Below are positions 1 through 10,877 of a DNA stretch of 64,000 bases, in pieces. The stretch's first letter is position 1. The number at the start of each line of letters is the position of its first letter. The notes under the pieces were generated by a model that was not told the DNA's origin, searched no databases, and saw only the letters and a list, made by a program, of their open reading frames with translations. Both the position numbers and the translations under genes were made by a program. Source of the stretch: Candidatus Spongiisociaceae bacterium (GTDB taxonomy: Bacteria > Actinomycetota > Acidimicrobiia > Spongiisociales > Spongiisociaceae); contig OZ241841.1 in NCBI GenBank assembly GCA_965202665.1, forward strand, positions 64,001-128,000. The letters run 5' to 3'.

Positions 1-217
1 GGTTGACCAGAACCTGCGGCCCTTCGCCGGCGTCGAACACGAATATCCGCTTGGAAACTCCGATCTGGGGGGCGGCCAGACCTACGCCCGGGGCGTCGTA
101 CATCGTCTCCAACATATCGTCTGCCAACCGGTACAACGCCCGGTCGAACTCCTCCACCGGCTGGGCCGGGATGCGCAACACCGCATCTCCGAAGGTGCGG
201 ATGGGAAAAATGGCCAT
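1..217 (-). CDS. def: Peptide deformylase, 5' part (runs off window)
   Basis: Hand translation from ATG at 217: MAIFPIRTFGDAVLRIPAQPVEEFD...MYDAPGVGLAAPQIG (deformylase GxGLAAPQ motif); follows priA. Confidence 0.92.
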   Translation of the reverse strand, partial: MAIFPIRTFGDAVLRIPAQPVEEFDRALYRLADDMLETMYDAPGVGLAAPQIGVSKRIFVFDAGEGPQVLVN

Positions 218-338
218 TTATCGTTCACAGGGACTCGCGGGCGATCTGCGGCGGGGATGCGCCGTTACGCGCCTTGCGTTTCCAACCCCGTCCCGCGGGC
301 GGAATCTTACAGAACCGCCGGCGGGCATGTTGGGAAAT

Positions 339-2162
339 CTAGAGATGGCGGGGATCGACGTCGGCCCGTACCCGCCCGCCCGCTTCGCGTATTCGGGCGA
401 TGACCGGCCGCAGCCGTTCCCGGAGCGGGTCCAGGTTCGTCCCTTGCAACAGCCAACGGACTCCGCCGTCCGCCTCCTCCGCCGGGCCGTGCGCCGCCGC
501 CCCCGCCGGGAGGTCCCGCATGGCCTCCTCCAGCGGGGAGTAATCCGCGGCGCCGCCCGCCCGCAACAGGATCATCTCCCTCGCCGGGGGCAGTCCCAGC
601 CGTCGGCGGAGGGCCAGTTCCTCCTCCAAGAAGACGGCCGGATCCCCCTTCTGCAACGCCCGGAACACCGGGTGTTGCGGGTCGGCGGTCTGGATTATCA
701 TCCGCCGTCCCCGCCGCCCTCCCAGGCTGCCCGCCACCCGGGCCAACAGGAGCAGCGCCTCCTCCGCCGCCCGGTAGTCGGGACGGCGCACCAGGCCGTC
801 GGCGTCCACCACCACCGCCAGGCGCACCGGCGGCAACTCCGGCAGGTCGCGTTCCGTTCCCACCAACACCGTCCGCCCCGAATCCGCCTCCCCCGCCGCG
901 CCGCCGCCCAGCTTGCGGGACAGTTCCTCCAACACCCGGCCCGTCCCCGCCCCCAGCGGCTCAAACCGTTTCCCGCCGCAGGCCGGGCATCCGCCCAGCT
1001 CCGCACCGCATCGCGGGCAATGGCCCCCCGGATCGGGCCGGGAGCCGCATTCCGGGCAGATGCGCAAACTCCGGCAAGACGCGCAACGGGCGGCGGGCGA
1101 GTAACCGCGCCGGTGGCAGAACACCAGCGCCGGGCCGCCCGCGTCGACCGCCGCCCGGATGGCGATGCGGGCCCGTTCGGTGATCACCCCTCCGCCGGGC
1201 GGCTCCCCCCGCCGGTCCGCCGTTTCCACCGGCGGCCACCGTCTTCCCCGAACCGGCGCCTCCTCCTCCCCGGCCGCCCGGGACTCCAGGGCGGGGACCG
1301 GCCCCGCCGACAGCGCCGGGAAACCCTCCATCCGGGCCCGCAATCGGATGTGGAAGCCGGCGGCCACGGTGGGAGTGCGCCGCTCCTTCATGCCCGGACG
1401 CCCCTCGTCCACCAGCACCGCCATCGCCAGATCCCGCACCGGCCACCACATGGCCCGCAACGTTCCCACCACCGCCAAACCCGGCTGGGCGGCCGCCCGC
1501 GACCATATTTCGGTCAGGGCGGCGGCGTCCCCGGCCGCCTCCGCCACCCGCCGCCCCAAGTCGCGGCGCAACTCATGGGCCAGCTGAGCCGCTTCCGCCG
1601 CGGTGGGGGCTATCACCATCACCGACTTGCCTTTTTGCAAAGGGGCGGTGACCGCCCCGCGGATCAGCCCCGCCCTGTCCCCCGCGGTAGGCAGGTGCAT
1701 AACCGGGCCGGGCCGCCCCGCCGCCGCCAGCCTGCTCACCTCCGGCGCCGGGCTGTCGGCGGGGGGGATGGAGGGAAGATGCAACCGGCGGGGCGGGCGG
1801 GGGAGATTGGGGGGGGCGGCGCGGCCCAAGACGGCCGACAGGGGGGCCAGGTAATGGCGGGCCGTCTCCCGCAGGGCGGGCAGCATCTCCGGGGTGAAAA
1901 CCGGCTGTCCCCCCAAAACGGCGGCCACTTCTTTCAGAGGGGGGGATGCGGGAAACAGGGAGTCGCGGTCCAGGGGGGGTTCGCACCCCGTTTCCACTAC
2001 GAAACCGCGGGTGGTCCGCCCCCCCAGAGGAACCCGCACCAGCGACCCCACCTCCACCCGGTCGGCCAGCGGCGGGGGGAGGCGGTAGAGGTAGCCTTCG
2101 TCGACCGCGAAGGCGGAAATGTCGGGAACGACGCGGACCGCCGGAGCGGAGTCCGGGCTCAG
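339..2162 (-). CDS. priA: Primosomal protein N' (PriA), actinobacterial type
   Basis: N-terminal VRVVPD..D..Y, VGSLVRVPLGGR, RRGY followed by CxxC zinc clusters, C-terminal DVDP; sits between metK and def. Start placed at CTG 2162 (see findings). Confidence 0.88.
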   Translation of the reverse strand: MSPDSAPAVRVVPDISAFAVDEGYLYRLPPPLADRVEVGSLVRVPLGGRTTRGFVVETGCEPPLDRDSLFPASPPLKEVAAVLGGQPVFTPEMLPALRETARHYLAPLSAVLGRAAPPNLPRPPRRLHLPSIPPADSPAPEVSRLAAAGRPGPVMHLPTAGDRAGLIRGAVTAPLQKGKSVMVIAPTAAEAAQLAHELRRDLGRRVAEAAGDAAALTEIWSRAAAQPGLAVVGTLRAMWWPVRDLAMAVLVDEGRPGMKERRTPTVAAGFHIRLRARMEGFPALSAGPVPALESRAAGEEEAPVRGRRWPPVETADRRGEPPGGGVITERARIAIRAAVDAGGPALVFCHRRGYSPAARCASCRSLRICPECGSRPDPGGHCPRCGAELGGCPACGGKRFEPLGAGTGRVLEELSRKLGGGAAGEADSGRTVLVGTERDLPELPPVRLAVVVDADGLVRRPDYRAAEEALLLLARVAGSLGGRRGRRMIIQTADPQHPVFRALQKGDPAVFLEEELALRRRLGLPPAREMILLRAGGAADYSPLEEAMRDLPAGAAAHGPAEEADGGVRWLLQGTNLDPLRERLRPVIARIREAGGRVRADVDPRHL

Positions 2163-3325
2163 CCCGCCTCCCGGCGCAACGCGGCGGCCTGGTCGGTGGC
2201 CTCCCAGGGGAACTCCGGGCGGCCGAAGTGGCCGTAGCTGGAGGTGGGGGTGTAGATGGGGTTGCGCAATCCGAGACAGTCCAGCATCCGCTTGGGCCGA
2301 AAATCGAAGCATTCCCCCACCAGATTCAGCAACCGGTCCGGGTCCATCTGCGCGGTTCCGAATGTTTCTACGTTGAGGGAGAAGGGCCGGGCTTTGCCTA
2401 TGGCGTAGGAAACGGCGATTTCGCAGGCTTCCGCCAGCTCGGCGGCTACCACGTTTTTGGCTACGTAGCGGGCGAAGTAGGCCGCGGAGCGGTCCACTTT
2501 GGAGGGGTCTTTGCCGGAGAAGGCCCCTCCGCCGTGCCGGGCGTAACCGCCGTAGGTGTCCACGATGATTTTGCGTCCGGTCAGCCCGGCGTCGGCCCCC
2601 GGACCTCCTATTACGAAACTGCCGGACGGGTTGACCAGCAACTTGGTGCGTTCGTCGAGCCAACCCTCCCCGCAATGCTCCACCACATGGGCCCGCAAGT
2701 CTTCTTCCATCTGCGATTTGTCGACTCCCGAGGCGTGGTGGGCGGAGATGAGCACCCGGGGGACGGTTACGGGGCGGCCGTTCTCGTATTGCACCGTCAC
2801 CTGGGTTTTTCCGTCCGGATGCAGATAGGGAAGGTCGCCGTTTTTGCGGACTTGCGCCAAGCGTCGCGCCAGCTGGTGGGCCAGGGCGATGGGCAGGGGC
2901 ATAAGATGTTCGCTTTCCCGGTTGGCGTACCCGAACATGAGCCCCTGGTCGCCCGCCCCTTCCCGGTCGTTCGGATCGTCGGAGAGCCCTTGGCGCGCCT
3001 CCAATGATTCGTTCACGCCCCCGGCGATGTCGGCACTCTGCTTGTTGAGCAAAACCTCCACTTCCACCTCGTCGGCCGCAAATCCGATGTCCGGGTCCAC
3101 GTAACCGATGTCGCGGATGGCGGCGCGGGCCACCGATTCAAAGTCGTGGGACGGGTCGGACACTTCCCCGGCCAGTATCACCTTGTGGTTGGATACCAAT
3201 GTTTCGCAGGCCACCCGGGCCCCCTCGTCGGCTTGCAACATGGCGTCCAAAACGGCGTCGGAAATGCGGTCGGCCACCTTGTCCGGATGGCCTTCGGTGA
3301 CGGATTCGCTGGTGAAAAGTTTCAT
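2159..3325 (-). CDS. metK: S-adenosylmethionine synthetase
   Basis: FTSESVTEGHPDK, GAGDQG, GGGAFSGKDPSKVDRS motifs. Confidence 0.98.
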   Translation of the reverse strand: MKLFTSESVTEGHPDKVADRISDAVLDAMLQADEGARVACETLVSNHKVILAGEVSDPSHDFESVARAAIRDIGYVDPDIGFAADEVEVEVLLNKQSADIAGGVNESLEARQGLSDDPNDREGAGDQGLMFGYANRESEHLMPLPIALAHQLARRLAQVRKNGDLPYLHPDGKTQVTVQYENGRPVTVPRVLISAHHASGVDKSQMEEDLRAHVVEHCGEGWLDERTKLLVNPSGSFVIGGPGADAGLTGRKIIVDTYGGYARHGGGAFSGKDPSKVDRSAAYFARYVAKNVVAAELAEACEIAVSYAIGKARPFSLNVETFGTAQMDPDRLLNLVGECFDFRPKRMLDCLGLRNPIYTPTSSYGHFGRPEFPWEATDQAAALRREAG

Positions 3326-3377
3326 ATCGGGCAAGTTTACAGCAACACTGCGACAGATTGCCGGGACGGCGCCGGGG

Positions 3378-4571
3378 CTAGCGGTTGCGCAGTTCCGCCA
3401 CCCGCCTCCAGATAGCGGCCGCCACCTCCCGTTTGCGCATCAACGGCAACGTCTCCACATCGCCTGCGGGGGTGATGAAACGCACCGCGTTGTCATCGGA
3501 ACCGAAGCCGCTGCCCGGAGCCGCCACGTCGTTGGCCACCAGCAGGTCCACCCCGTAGGAGGCCGCCTTGCGCACCGCCCTGTCAAACCCGCCCACTTCG
3601 GCCGCGAAACCCACCAACGTCGTCCCCTCCGCGACCCGCTCCGCCAGCCCGGCCAAAACGTTGGGGGTGGCTTCCAGCGTGATGGAGGGCGGGCCCGAGG
3701 CCCGGTCCAGTTTGCGGTCTACGGCATGGGCGGGGCGGAAGTCGGCCACCGCCGCCGCCAGCACCGCCGCGTCCAGTTCCCCGGCCCGGGACCAGGCCGC
3801 CTCCGCCATCTCCGCCGCGCTTTCCACCTCCACGATTTCCATGTCGGCGGAGGCCGGGGGCGGAGCGGCGGTTACCAGAATCACCCGCGCTCCCCGGCGG
3901 GCGGCTTCCCCGGCCAACTCATGTCCCATTTTGCCCGAAGAGCGGTTGCCCAGGTAGCGCACCGCGTCCAGGGCCTCCCGGGTGCCGCCCGCGGTGACCA
4001 AGACCGTCATGCCCGCCAGGGAGCGATCGAAGGACTCCGCCACCGCGGCCAGTATCTCCTCCGGTTCGGCCATCCGCCCCATCCCGCGGTCGCCGCCCGC
4101 CAAATCCCCTTCCGCCGGGCCCACCAGGCGGCGGCCGTCTTCTATGAGCCGGGATACGTTGCGCCGGGTGGAGGGTTGCTCCCACATTTCGACGTGCATG
4201 GCCGGGGCCAGCACCACCGGCCCGGCGAAGGCGGACACTACCGAGGTGAGGGCGTCGTCGGCCAGGCCGTGGGCGATTTTGGCCAGCAGGTTGGCGGTGG
4301 CGGGGGCTACCGCTACCGCCTCCGCCCAGCGGGCCAGTTCGGTGTGGGGGCTGATCCGTTCGTTGCCGAACAAATCGAGCAAAACCGGGTGGCCGGTGAC
4401 CGCGGCCAAAGTGCGCTCGCCTAAAAACCGGCGGGCGGACGGGGTCATCACCGCCCGCACTTCCGCTCCCGCCTCTACCAGGCGGCGGGCCAGATAGGCC
4501 GCTTTGTATGCGGCCACTCCACCGCCCACCCCCAGTACCAGACGGCGGTCCGACAGGGCGGGTTCAGTCAG
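3378..4571 (-). CDS. coaBC: Bifunctional phosphopantothenoylcysteine decarboxylase/ligase
   Basis: GGVAAYKA, APATAN, TAGGTRE, NRSSGKMG, VGFAAE; start uncertain (CTG 4571 vs GTG 4529). Confidence 0.95.
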   Translation of the reverse strand: MTEPALSDRRLVLGVGGGVAAYKAAYLARRLVEAGAEVRAVMTPSARRFLGERTLAAVTGHPVLLDLFGNERISPHTELARWAEAVAVAPATANLLAKIAHGLADDALTSVVSAFAGPVVLAPAMHVEMWEQPSTRRNVSRLIEDGRRLVGPAEGDLAGGDRGMGRMAEPEEILAAVAESFDRSLAGMTVLVTAGGTREALDAVRYLGNRSSGKMGHELAGEAARRGARVILVTAAPPPASADMEIVEVESAAEMAEAAWSRAGELDAAVLAAAVADFRPAHAVDRKLDRASGPPSITLEATPNVLAGLAERVAEGTTLVGFAAEVGGFDRAVRKAASYGVDLLVANDVAAPGSGFGSDDNAVRFITPAGDVETLPLMRKREVAAAIWRRVAELRNR

Positions 4572-4851
4572 ATCCGCCCTCAGGTATTTTTAGAAAATTG
4601 GCTTCCTCTTTTTGGGGCGGGGGCGGTTCGCCCACCCGGGAAGTCAGCTTGTCCCCGGCTATCTCCTCCAAGGCGATGGTCAGGGGCTTCTGGCTCTGCG
4701 ACAGCACCTGCGGCGGGGCGTACTGGCCGATGCCGCCCCCCAGCTGGGTGTAATAGTTGTTGATATCGCGGGCCCGCCGGGCGGCTACCACCACCAGGTC
4801 GAAACGGCCGCCCACCTTGTCGACCAACTTCTCAATGGGGGGTTCGATCAT
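4564..4851 (-). CDS. rpoZ: RNA polymerase omega subunit
   Basis: PPIEKL...LVVVAARRARDINNYY...KPLTIALEEI; gmk-rpoZ-coaBC order. Confidence 0.95.
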   Translation of the reverse strand: MIEPPIEKLVDKVGGRFDLVVVAARRARDINNYYTQLGGGIGQYAPPQVLSQSQKPLTIALEEIAGDKLTSRVGEPPPPQKEEANFLKIPEGGSD

Positions 4852-4903
4852 CGTCCTGCCTTTACCTGTCGCCTTTCTGACCTTGACTTCCCAGAACCGC
4901 CGA

Positions 4904-5497
4904 TTATCGGCCGGTCCGCTCAGTCTCCGGTTTTATTATAGCCAAAATTTCTCGTACGGCGTCGTCCACTCGGTCGTTTATCACCTGATGGGGGAATCCC
5001 TCCCCTATCCGTATCTGTTCGGCGGCCGCCGCCATCCGGGAGGCGATCACCTCTTCGGTCATGTCCCCCCGCCCCCGCAAGCGGTTTTCCAGCTCTTCCA
5101 TGGTGGGCGGTTTTAGGAAGATGGCCGTCGCCTCCGGATATTCTTCCCTAATCCGCTGCGCTCCTTTGGCCTCCACGTCCAGAACCACGTTCCGCCCTTG
5201 CGTCAGATGCCCTTCCACTTCGGAGACCGGGGTCCCGTAACGATGCCCGGCGTAACGTTCCCATTCCAGCAATTTGCCCTCCCTCGCCCAAGCCTCGAAT
5301 TCGGCTTCGTCCAGGAAAAAATAGTGCTCCCCGTCCACTTCGCCCGGACGGGGCGGGCGGGTGGTGGCCGACACCGCGAAGCGGTGGGGCCATCGGCCCG
5401 CCAAACCGGACAGAATGGTCTGCTTTCCCACCCCGGAGGGCCCGCAGATGATCGCCAACCGGCCGCGGCCAGCCGCCACATTGGCCACCTCCGTCAC
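4904..5497 (-). CDS. gmk: Guanylate kinase
   Basis: GPSGVGK, SATTRPPRPGEVDGEHYFF, YGTP. Confidence 0.97.
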   Translation of the reverse strand: MTEVANVAAGRGRLAIICGPSGVGKQTILSGLAGRWPHRFAVSATTRPPRPGEVDGEHYFFLDEAEFEAWAREGKLLEWERYAGHRYGTPVSEVEGHLTQGRNVVLDVEAKGAQRIREEYPEATAIFLKPPTMEELENRLRGRGDMTEEVIASRMAAAAEQIRIGEGFPHQVINDRVDDAVREILAIIKPETERTGR

Positions 5498-5502
5498 CCG
5501 GG

Positions 5503-5823
5503 CTATCCGGACTTATCGCATTCTTCAATCAGTTTCTGCCTCTGCCGTACGCCCAATCCCCGCAGCCGCCGGTTTTCGGAGATGCCCAGTTTCTCCATCG
5601 TCCGTTTGGTTTTCATCTTGCCGTAGCCGGGAATGGACACCACCACCGCCGACACTTTCATGCCGGCGGCGATCTCGTCGGTTTCCGCCATCTCCAAAAG
5701 TTCGGCCACCGTCATGGAACGGGTCTTCAGGGCCTGCTTCCATTCGGCGCGGGTGCGGCGAACATGGGCCGCCTTCGCCAAAGCTGCGGCCCGTTGCTCT
5801 TCCGTCAAAGGGGTGAGGGGCAT
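5503..5823 (-). CDS. mihF: Actinobacterial integration host factor (mIHF/sIHF)
   Basis: LTEEQRAAALAKA...MEKLGISENRRLRGLGVRQ; pyrF-mihF-gmk order. Confidence 0.93.
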   Translation of the reverse strand: MPLTPLTEEQRAAALAKAAHVRRTRAEWKQALKTRSMTVAELLEMAETDEIAAGMKVSAVVVSIPGYGKMKTKRTMEKLGISENRRLRGLGVRQRQKLIEECDKSG

Positions 5824-5933
5824 TTGTCGACTCCTTCGTCCAAGCCTGCCGGGTGGCGGTTTGCCGACCCAACTTTACCCGGAGAACCGGGCTAAGTAGC
5901 CCAACCGCCCAGTATCTCCCGGAGCGGCGTTTT

Positions 5934-6680
5934 TCAGTCCGGCGCCGGGCTCGCCTCCGCCGCGCCCGGCCCGGCCGCCGCCAGCTTGGCCGCGATGGCC
6001 GCCGCAGCCGCCGCCGGGTCGGGAGCGCGGGTGATGGGCCGTCCTATAACCAGCAGGTCCGCCCCCCAGCTCAAGGCTTCGACCGGGGTGGCGGTGCGCA
6101 CCTGGTCGTCCCCTTCGGCCGCCGCCGGGCGGATGCCGGGCGTCACTTTCAGCATGTCCGGGGCGGCGTCGGCGATCACCCTCAGCTCGCGGGGGGAGGC
6201 GATCACCCCTTCGCAATCGGCTTCGGCGGCCAGGCGGGCCCGGCGGGACGACAACCCGGCGGGGGAACCGCTCTCCCCGGTCTCGGCCAAATCGGAAGAG
6301 TCGAGGCTGGTGAGGACGGTGACCGCCAGCACCCCCGCCGGACGCGAACCCGCCCCTTCGGCCAGTCCGTCCACCGCCTCCCGCAACATGGTCCGGCCGC
6401 CCGCGGCGTGGGCCGTCACCCACCGGGCCCCGGCCGCTCCCAGCCCGCGGGCGGCGGCCCGCACCGTGTTGGGGATGTCGTGCAGTTTGGCGTCCACCAG
6501 CAGGGGCTTGCCCATCCGGGACAGGGCCGCCACCACCCCCGGGCCGGGCCCGGTTAGCAGTTCCAGCCCCACTTTGAAACCCCCCACATGGGGGGACACC
6601 CTCCGCGCCAGGTGCACCGCTTCCTCGGCGGTGGAAACATCCAGCGCCGCCAAGATGGGATTGCGGACAGCTTCGTTCAT
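5934..6680 (-). CDS. pyrF: Orotidine 5'-phosphate decarboxylase
   Basis: DAKLHDIPNTV, VTPGIRP, DDQVR, VIGRPIT. Confidence 0.97.
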   Translation of the reverse strand: MNEAVRNPILAALDVSTAEEAVHLARRVSPHVGGFKVGLELLTGPGPGVVAALSRMGKPLLVDAKLHDIPNTVRAAARGLGAAGARWVTAHAAGGRTMLREAVDGLAEGAGSRPAGVLAVTVLTSLDSSDLAETGESGSPAGLSSRRARLAAEADCEGVIASPRELRVIADAAPDMLKVTPGIRPAAAEGDDQVRTATPVEALSWGADLLVIGRPITRAPDPAAAAAAIAAKLAAAGPGAAEASPAPD

Positions 6681-6684
6681 GGCC

Positions 6685-7605
6685 TTACCCTACTTTCATG
6701 ATTCCGGTCAGTTCCGATACCTTCCCCACCCGGTTCGCCCGGCACCAGCGGGCCAACTCCCGGTCGATGCGGCGCGCCGCCCGGGGGGCGGAGAAATGCA
6801 CGGTGCCGATGGCCACCGCGCTGGCCCCCGCCATCATATATTCCACCACGTCCGCCCCCGAGACCGCCCCCCCGCAGCCGACGATGGGAACCCCCGGCAG
6901 GGCGCGGGCCGTCTCCGTCACGCACCGCATGGCCAGCGGCTTCAGCGGCGGGCCCGAATAACCGCCCACCGTTCCCGCCAGCCGGGGGCGGCCGGTGGCG
7001 ATGTCCACCGCCGCCCCCAGGGCGGTGTTGGTCAGCACCAGCCAGTCCGCCCCGGCTGCTACCACCGCCCGGGCCACCGAAACGATATCGGGGGCGTTGG
7101 GGGACAGCTTCACCCCCATGGGCGAAGACACCGCCTCCCGCACCGCGGCCGTAACCCGGCCGGACAGGGCCGCGTCGAGGGCGATCAGGCCTTCCCCCTC
7201 CAGGTTGGGGCAGGACAGGTTCACTTCCACCGCCGCCGTTCCCGCTTCTTGCAACCCCCGGGCCACCGCCGCGAACTCCCCGGGGGTGCGCCCCACCGCC
7301 GACCCCCATACCGGAACCGGCAGGGAGGCGATGCGCGGGCCGAACTGGGCCGCCCACCGTTCAATGCCCGGATTCTGGATGCCTATCCCGTTCAGCATCC
7401 CCGTCCCGGCCGGGGCCAGGCGGGGCGGCGGGTTGCCCGGCCAAGGATCCTGCGATACCGACTTGGCCACCAGCGCCCCGTAGCAATCCAAAGTCCCCGC
7501 CCCGGCGAAGTCCACCGCCGACCCGACCGTCCCCGACGCCCCGATGAGGGGCGAACGGAGCCGAATCGGCCCCAAGGTCACCGACCGGTCGGGGTTCCGT
7601 GCCAT
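6685..7605 (-). CDS. pyrD: Dihydroorotate dehydrogenase, family 1 catalytic subunit
   Basis: [39 protein letters not shown]; ATG at 7605. Confidence 0.93.
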   Translation of the reverse strand: MARNPDRSVTLGPIRLRSPLIGASGTVGSAVDFAGAGTLDCYGALVAKSVSQDPWPGNPPPRLAPAGTGMLNGIGIQNPGIERWAAQFGPRIASLPVPVWGSAVGRTPGEFAAVARGLQEAGTAAVEVNLSCPNLEGEGLIALDAALSGRVTAAVREAVSSPMGVKLSPNAPDIVSVARAVVAAGADWLVLTNTALGAAVDIATGRPRLAGTVGGYSGPPLKPLAMRCVTETARALPGVPIVGCGGAVSGADVVEYMMAGASAVAIGTVHFSAPRAARRIDRELARWCRANRVGKVSELTGIMKVG

Positions 7606-10600
7606 TCCTGCAGGCTCCGCACCCTGCGCACCGCTTCCCGGCCGGAGGCCAGGCTGCGGGCCGCGGCATGGGCGGCGGAGATGGTGGTGATGCACGGCAC
7701 GCCCCGGGCGGAGGCGGCCCGGCGGATGAGTTTGCCGTCCCCCCGGGCCCGCCGCCCCCGGGGGGTGTTGATCACCAGCCCCACTTCCCCCTCCGACACC
7801 CGTTGCACTATGTCGCGCGGCCCCTCCCCGGCTTTGGGCACGGACTCGGCCTCCACCCCCCCGCGCCGCAGGAAGGCGGCGGTGCCGGGGGAGGCCAGAA
7901 GATGAAAGCCCTCCGCGGCGAACGCCCGGGCCGCGTCCAGACCGGGCGGTTTGTCCCGGTCGGCCAGGGACAAAAAGACCGTCCCCCCGTCCGGGATGCC
8001 GCTCCCGGCGGCCAGCATGGCCTTGGCGTAGGCCACCCCCGGGTCGTCCCCGATCCCCATCACCTCCCCGGTGGCGCGCATTTCCGGTCCGAGCACGATA
8101 TCCTCCTCCGGGAACCGGTCCCAGGGCAGCACCGCCTCCTTGGCGGAGGTGAAAGCGGGGGCCGGAGCGTCGGCAAACACCCCTTGCCTCCGCAACTCTT
8201 CCAGGGAATCCCCCATCATCACCCGGGTGGCCGCCTTGGCCAGCGGAACCCCCGTCGCCTTGGAAATGAAAGGGACGGTGCGGGAACCGCGCGGGTTGGC
8301 CTCCAAAACGAACACCTCGTCCCCCGCCGGCCGGTCCGGGCCTCCGTATTTGACCGCAAACTGGATGTTGATCAGGCCCCGCACCCGCAGGGCGGCGGCC
8401 AAGTCGGCGGAGGCGGCGATGATGCGCTCCCGCACCTCCCCGGGCAGGGTGGGGGGCGGGGTCAGGCATGCGGAGTCGCCGGAATGAACCCCGGCCTGCT
8501 CCACATGCTCCATCACCCCCCCCACCAGCAGTTCCGATCCGTCGAACACCGCATCCACGTCCAACTCCACCGCCGACTCCAAAAACCGGTCCACCAGCAA
8601 CGGCGCCGCGAACAGATCCAGGCCCGCCACCTGCTCAAAGCCGTAGATTTCCCCCAGGTAGGAGTCCAGTTCATCGTAGGAATAGACCACCCGCATGGCC
8701 CGCCCCCCCAGCACGTAGGAGGGCCGCACCAGCACCGGAAACCCGATGCGGTCCACCACTTCCTGGGCCTGCGCCGGGTTGGCGGCGATGCCGTGCGGGG
8801 GCTGGGCGATCCCCAGCTCCCGGCACACGGCCGAGAAGCGCTCCCGGTCTTCGGCGGCGTCGATGCTGTCCGGGGAGGTGCCGGCGATGGGAACCCCGGC
8901 CGCCTCCAAATCGCGGGCCAGGGACAGGGGGGTCTGTCCGCCCAGTTGCACCAGCACCGCCTCCGGGTTTTCGGCGGCGCAGATTTCCAGCACGTCTTCG
9001 GCGGTGAGGGGTTCGAAGTAAAGACGGTCGGAAGTGTCGTAATCGGTGGACACCGTCTCCGGGTTGCAGTTCACCATCACCGTCTCGTAACCGGCTTCCC
9101 GCAGGGCGAAGGAGGCGTGCACGCAACAGTAATCGAATTCTATTCCCTGCCCGATGCGGTTGGGTCCGGAGCCCAAAATCACCACCCGGGGCCGCCCGGA
9201 CGGCTCCGTCTCGCTTTCGTCCTCGTAGGTGGAATAGAAGTAGGGGGTGCGCGCCTCGAATTCGGCTGCGCAGGTGTCCACCCGCTTATAGGTGGGAAGC
9301 ACCCCCGTCCGGCGGCGGGCGGCCCGGATCTCCTCCGGGGTCCTGTTCCACAGGTAGGCCAGCTGGCGATCGGAGAAGCCTTTCCGCTTGGCCTCCCGCA
9401 GCGTCTCCGCGTCCGGCTCGGGGCTTTCCCATCCGGCGGCCGCTTCCAGCTCGGCCCGGGTTTCGCAGATTTCCAGCATTTGGTCCAGAAACCACGGGTC
9501 TATGCCGGTGGCGGCCGCTACGTCGGCGACCTCCCAACCGCGGCGGAGGGCCTCGGCCGTCTGATATATGCGGTCGGGGGTGGGAACGGAGATCCGCTCC
9601 CCCAGCTCCTCGTCGGACATTCCGAGCAGGGGCCGCTCCCCTTGATCGGCGTTCAAACCCGCCCGTCCCGTTTCCAGGCTGCGCAGGGCCTTCTGCAGGG
9701 CCTCCGGGAAGGTGCGTCCGATGGCCATCGCCTCCCCCACGGAACGCATGGAGGTGCCCAGCCGGTCGGAGGTGGAGGGAAATTTGGCGAAGTCGAAGCG
9801 GGGGACTTTCACCACCGCGTAGTCCAAAGCCGGTTCAAAGCAGGCGGGGGTGGCCTCGGTGATGTCGTTGGCGATCTCGTCCAAAGCGCATCCCACCGCC
9901 AGCAGGGCGGCGATTTTGGCGATGGGGAAGCCGGTGGCTTTGGAGGCCAGCGCCGAAGAACGGGACACCCGGGGGTTCATTTCGATGATCAGGCGGCGGC
10001 CGGTGCGGGGATCCACCGCGAACTGCACGTTGGAGCCGCCGGTCTGCACCCCGATGGCCCGCAGGCAGGTGATGGCGTCGTCCCGCATCAACTGGTATTC
10101 CCGGTCGGACAGGGTTTGAATGGGGGCCACCGTGATGGAATCGCCGGTGTGAACCCCCATCGGATCCAGGTTTTCGATGGAACATACGATCACCGCGTTG
10201 CCGTTGCGGTCGGCCATCACCTCCAACTCGAACTCTTTCCACCCCTCCACCGACTCCTCCACCAGGATCTCCCCCACCGGGGAGGCCTCCAAGCCCCGTT
10301 CGGCGATGCGGGCGAACTCGTCGGAGTCCCGGGCCACCCCGGTGCCGCCGCCGCCCAGGATGTAGGAGGGGCGCACCATCACCGGGAAGCCGATCTCCCC
10401 TGCCGCCGCCCCGGCTTCGGCCATGGAGCGGGCGTAGCGGGAGCGGGGCATTTCCAGCCCGGCCGCCTCCATCGTTTCTTTAAACAGTCCCCTATCCTCG
10501 GCCCGTTCGATGGCGTCGAAGCCGGCCCCGATCAGCTCCACCCCGTATTCGTCCAAAGCGCCGGCGCGGGCCAGGTCGGCGGTCACGTTGAGGGCGGTCT

Positions 10601-10877
10601 GCCCGCCCAGGGTGGGGAGGAGGGCGTCCGGTTTTTCCCGGCGGATGATTTCCTCCACGACGCCGGGGGTTATCGGCTCTAGGTAGGTGGCGTCGGAAAA
10701 CTGGGGGTCGGTCATTATGGTGGCCGGGTTGGAGTTGACCAGGGCCACCCGGTAGCCCCGGGCGCGGAGGGCTTTGGCTGCCTGGGTGCCCGAATAGTCG
10801 AACTCGCAGGCTTGGCCGATCACGATCGGGCCGGAGCCGATGAGCAGGATGGATGACAAATCGGTCCGGGCGGGCAT
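7578..10877 (-). CDS. carB: Carbamoyl-phosphate synthase large subunit
   Basis: [28 protein letters not shown], two ATP-grasp halves, C-terminal MGS domain. Confidence 0.98.
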   Translation of the reverse strand: MPARTDLSSILLIGSGPIVIGQACEFDYSGTQAAKALRARGYRVALVNSNPATIMTDPQFSDATYLEPITPGVVEEIIRREKPDALLPTLGGQTALNVTADLARAGALDEYGVELIGAGFDAIERAEDRGLFKETMEAAGLEMPRSRYARSMAEAGAAAGEIGFPVMVRPSYILGGGGTGVARDSDEFARIAERGLEASPVGEILVEESVEGWKEFELEVMADRNGNAVIVCSIENLDPMGVHTGDSITVAPIQTLSDREYQLMRDDAITCLRAIGVQTGGSNVQFAVDPRTGRRLIIEMNPRVSRSSALASKATGFPIAKIAALLAVGCALDEIANDITEATPACFEPALDYAVVKVPRFDFAKFPSTSDRLGTSMRSVGEAMAIGRTFPEALQKALRSLETGRAGLNADQGERPLLGMSDEELGERISVPTPDRIYQTAEALRRGWEVADVAAATGIDPWFLDQMLEICETRAELEAAAGWESPEPDAETLREAKRKGFSDRQLAYLWNRTPEEIRAARRRTGVLPTYKRVDTCAAEFEARTPYFYSTYEDESETEPSGRPRVVILGSGPNRIGQGIEFDYCCVHASFALREAGYETVMVNCNPETVSTDYDTSDRLYFEPLTAEDVLEICAAENPEAVLVQLGGQTPLSLARDLEAAGVPIAGTSPDSIDAAEDRERFSAVCRELGIAQPPHGIAANPAQAQEVVDRIGFPVLVRPSYVLGGRAMRVVYSYDELDSYLGEIYGFEQVAGLDLFAAPLLVDRFLESAVELDVDAVFDGSELLVGGVMEHVEQAGVHSGDSACLTPPPTLPGEVRERIIAASADLAAALRVRGLINIQFAVKYGGPDRPAGDEVFVLEANPRGSRTVPFISKATGVPLAKAATRVMMGDSLEELRRQGVFADAPAPAFTSAKEAVLPWDRFPEEDIVLGPEMRATGEVMGIGDDPGVAYAKAMLAAGSGIPDGGTVFLSLADRDKPPGLDAARAFAAEGFHLLASPGTAAFLRRGGVEAESVPKAGEGPRDIVQRVSEGEVGLVINTPRGRRARGDGKLIRRAASARGVPCITTISAAHAAARSLASGREAVRRVRSLQEWHGTPTGR

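Noticed and set aside
3-2237. Long + strand ORFs (3..2237, 7599..10682, 18566..22009, 25551..27920, 41997..44483 and similar)
   Set aside because: Antisense shadows of recognisable minus-strand genes in high-GC DNA; Arg/Pro/Gly-rich with no motifs
2163-2675. N-terminal extensions given by the ORF track for priA, carA, carB, pyrD, rarA, hisS, tgt, tadB/C, miaA
   Set aside because: They overlap upstream genes in another frame; starts were reassigned to stop-start junctions
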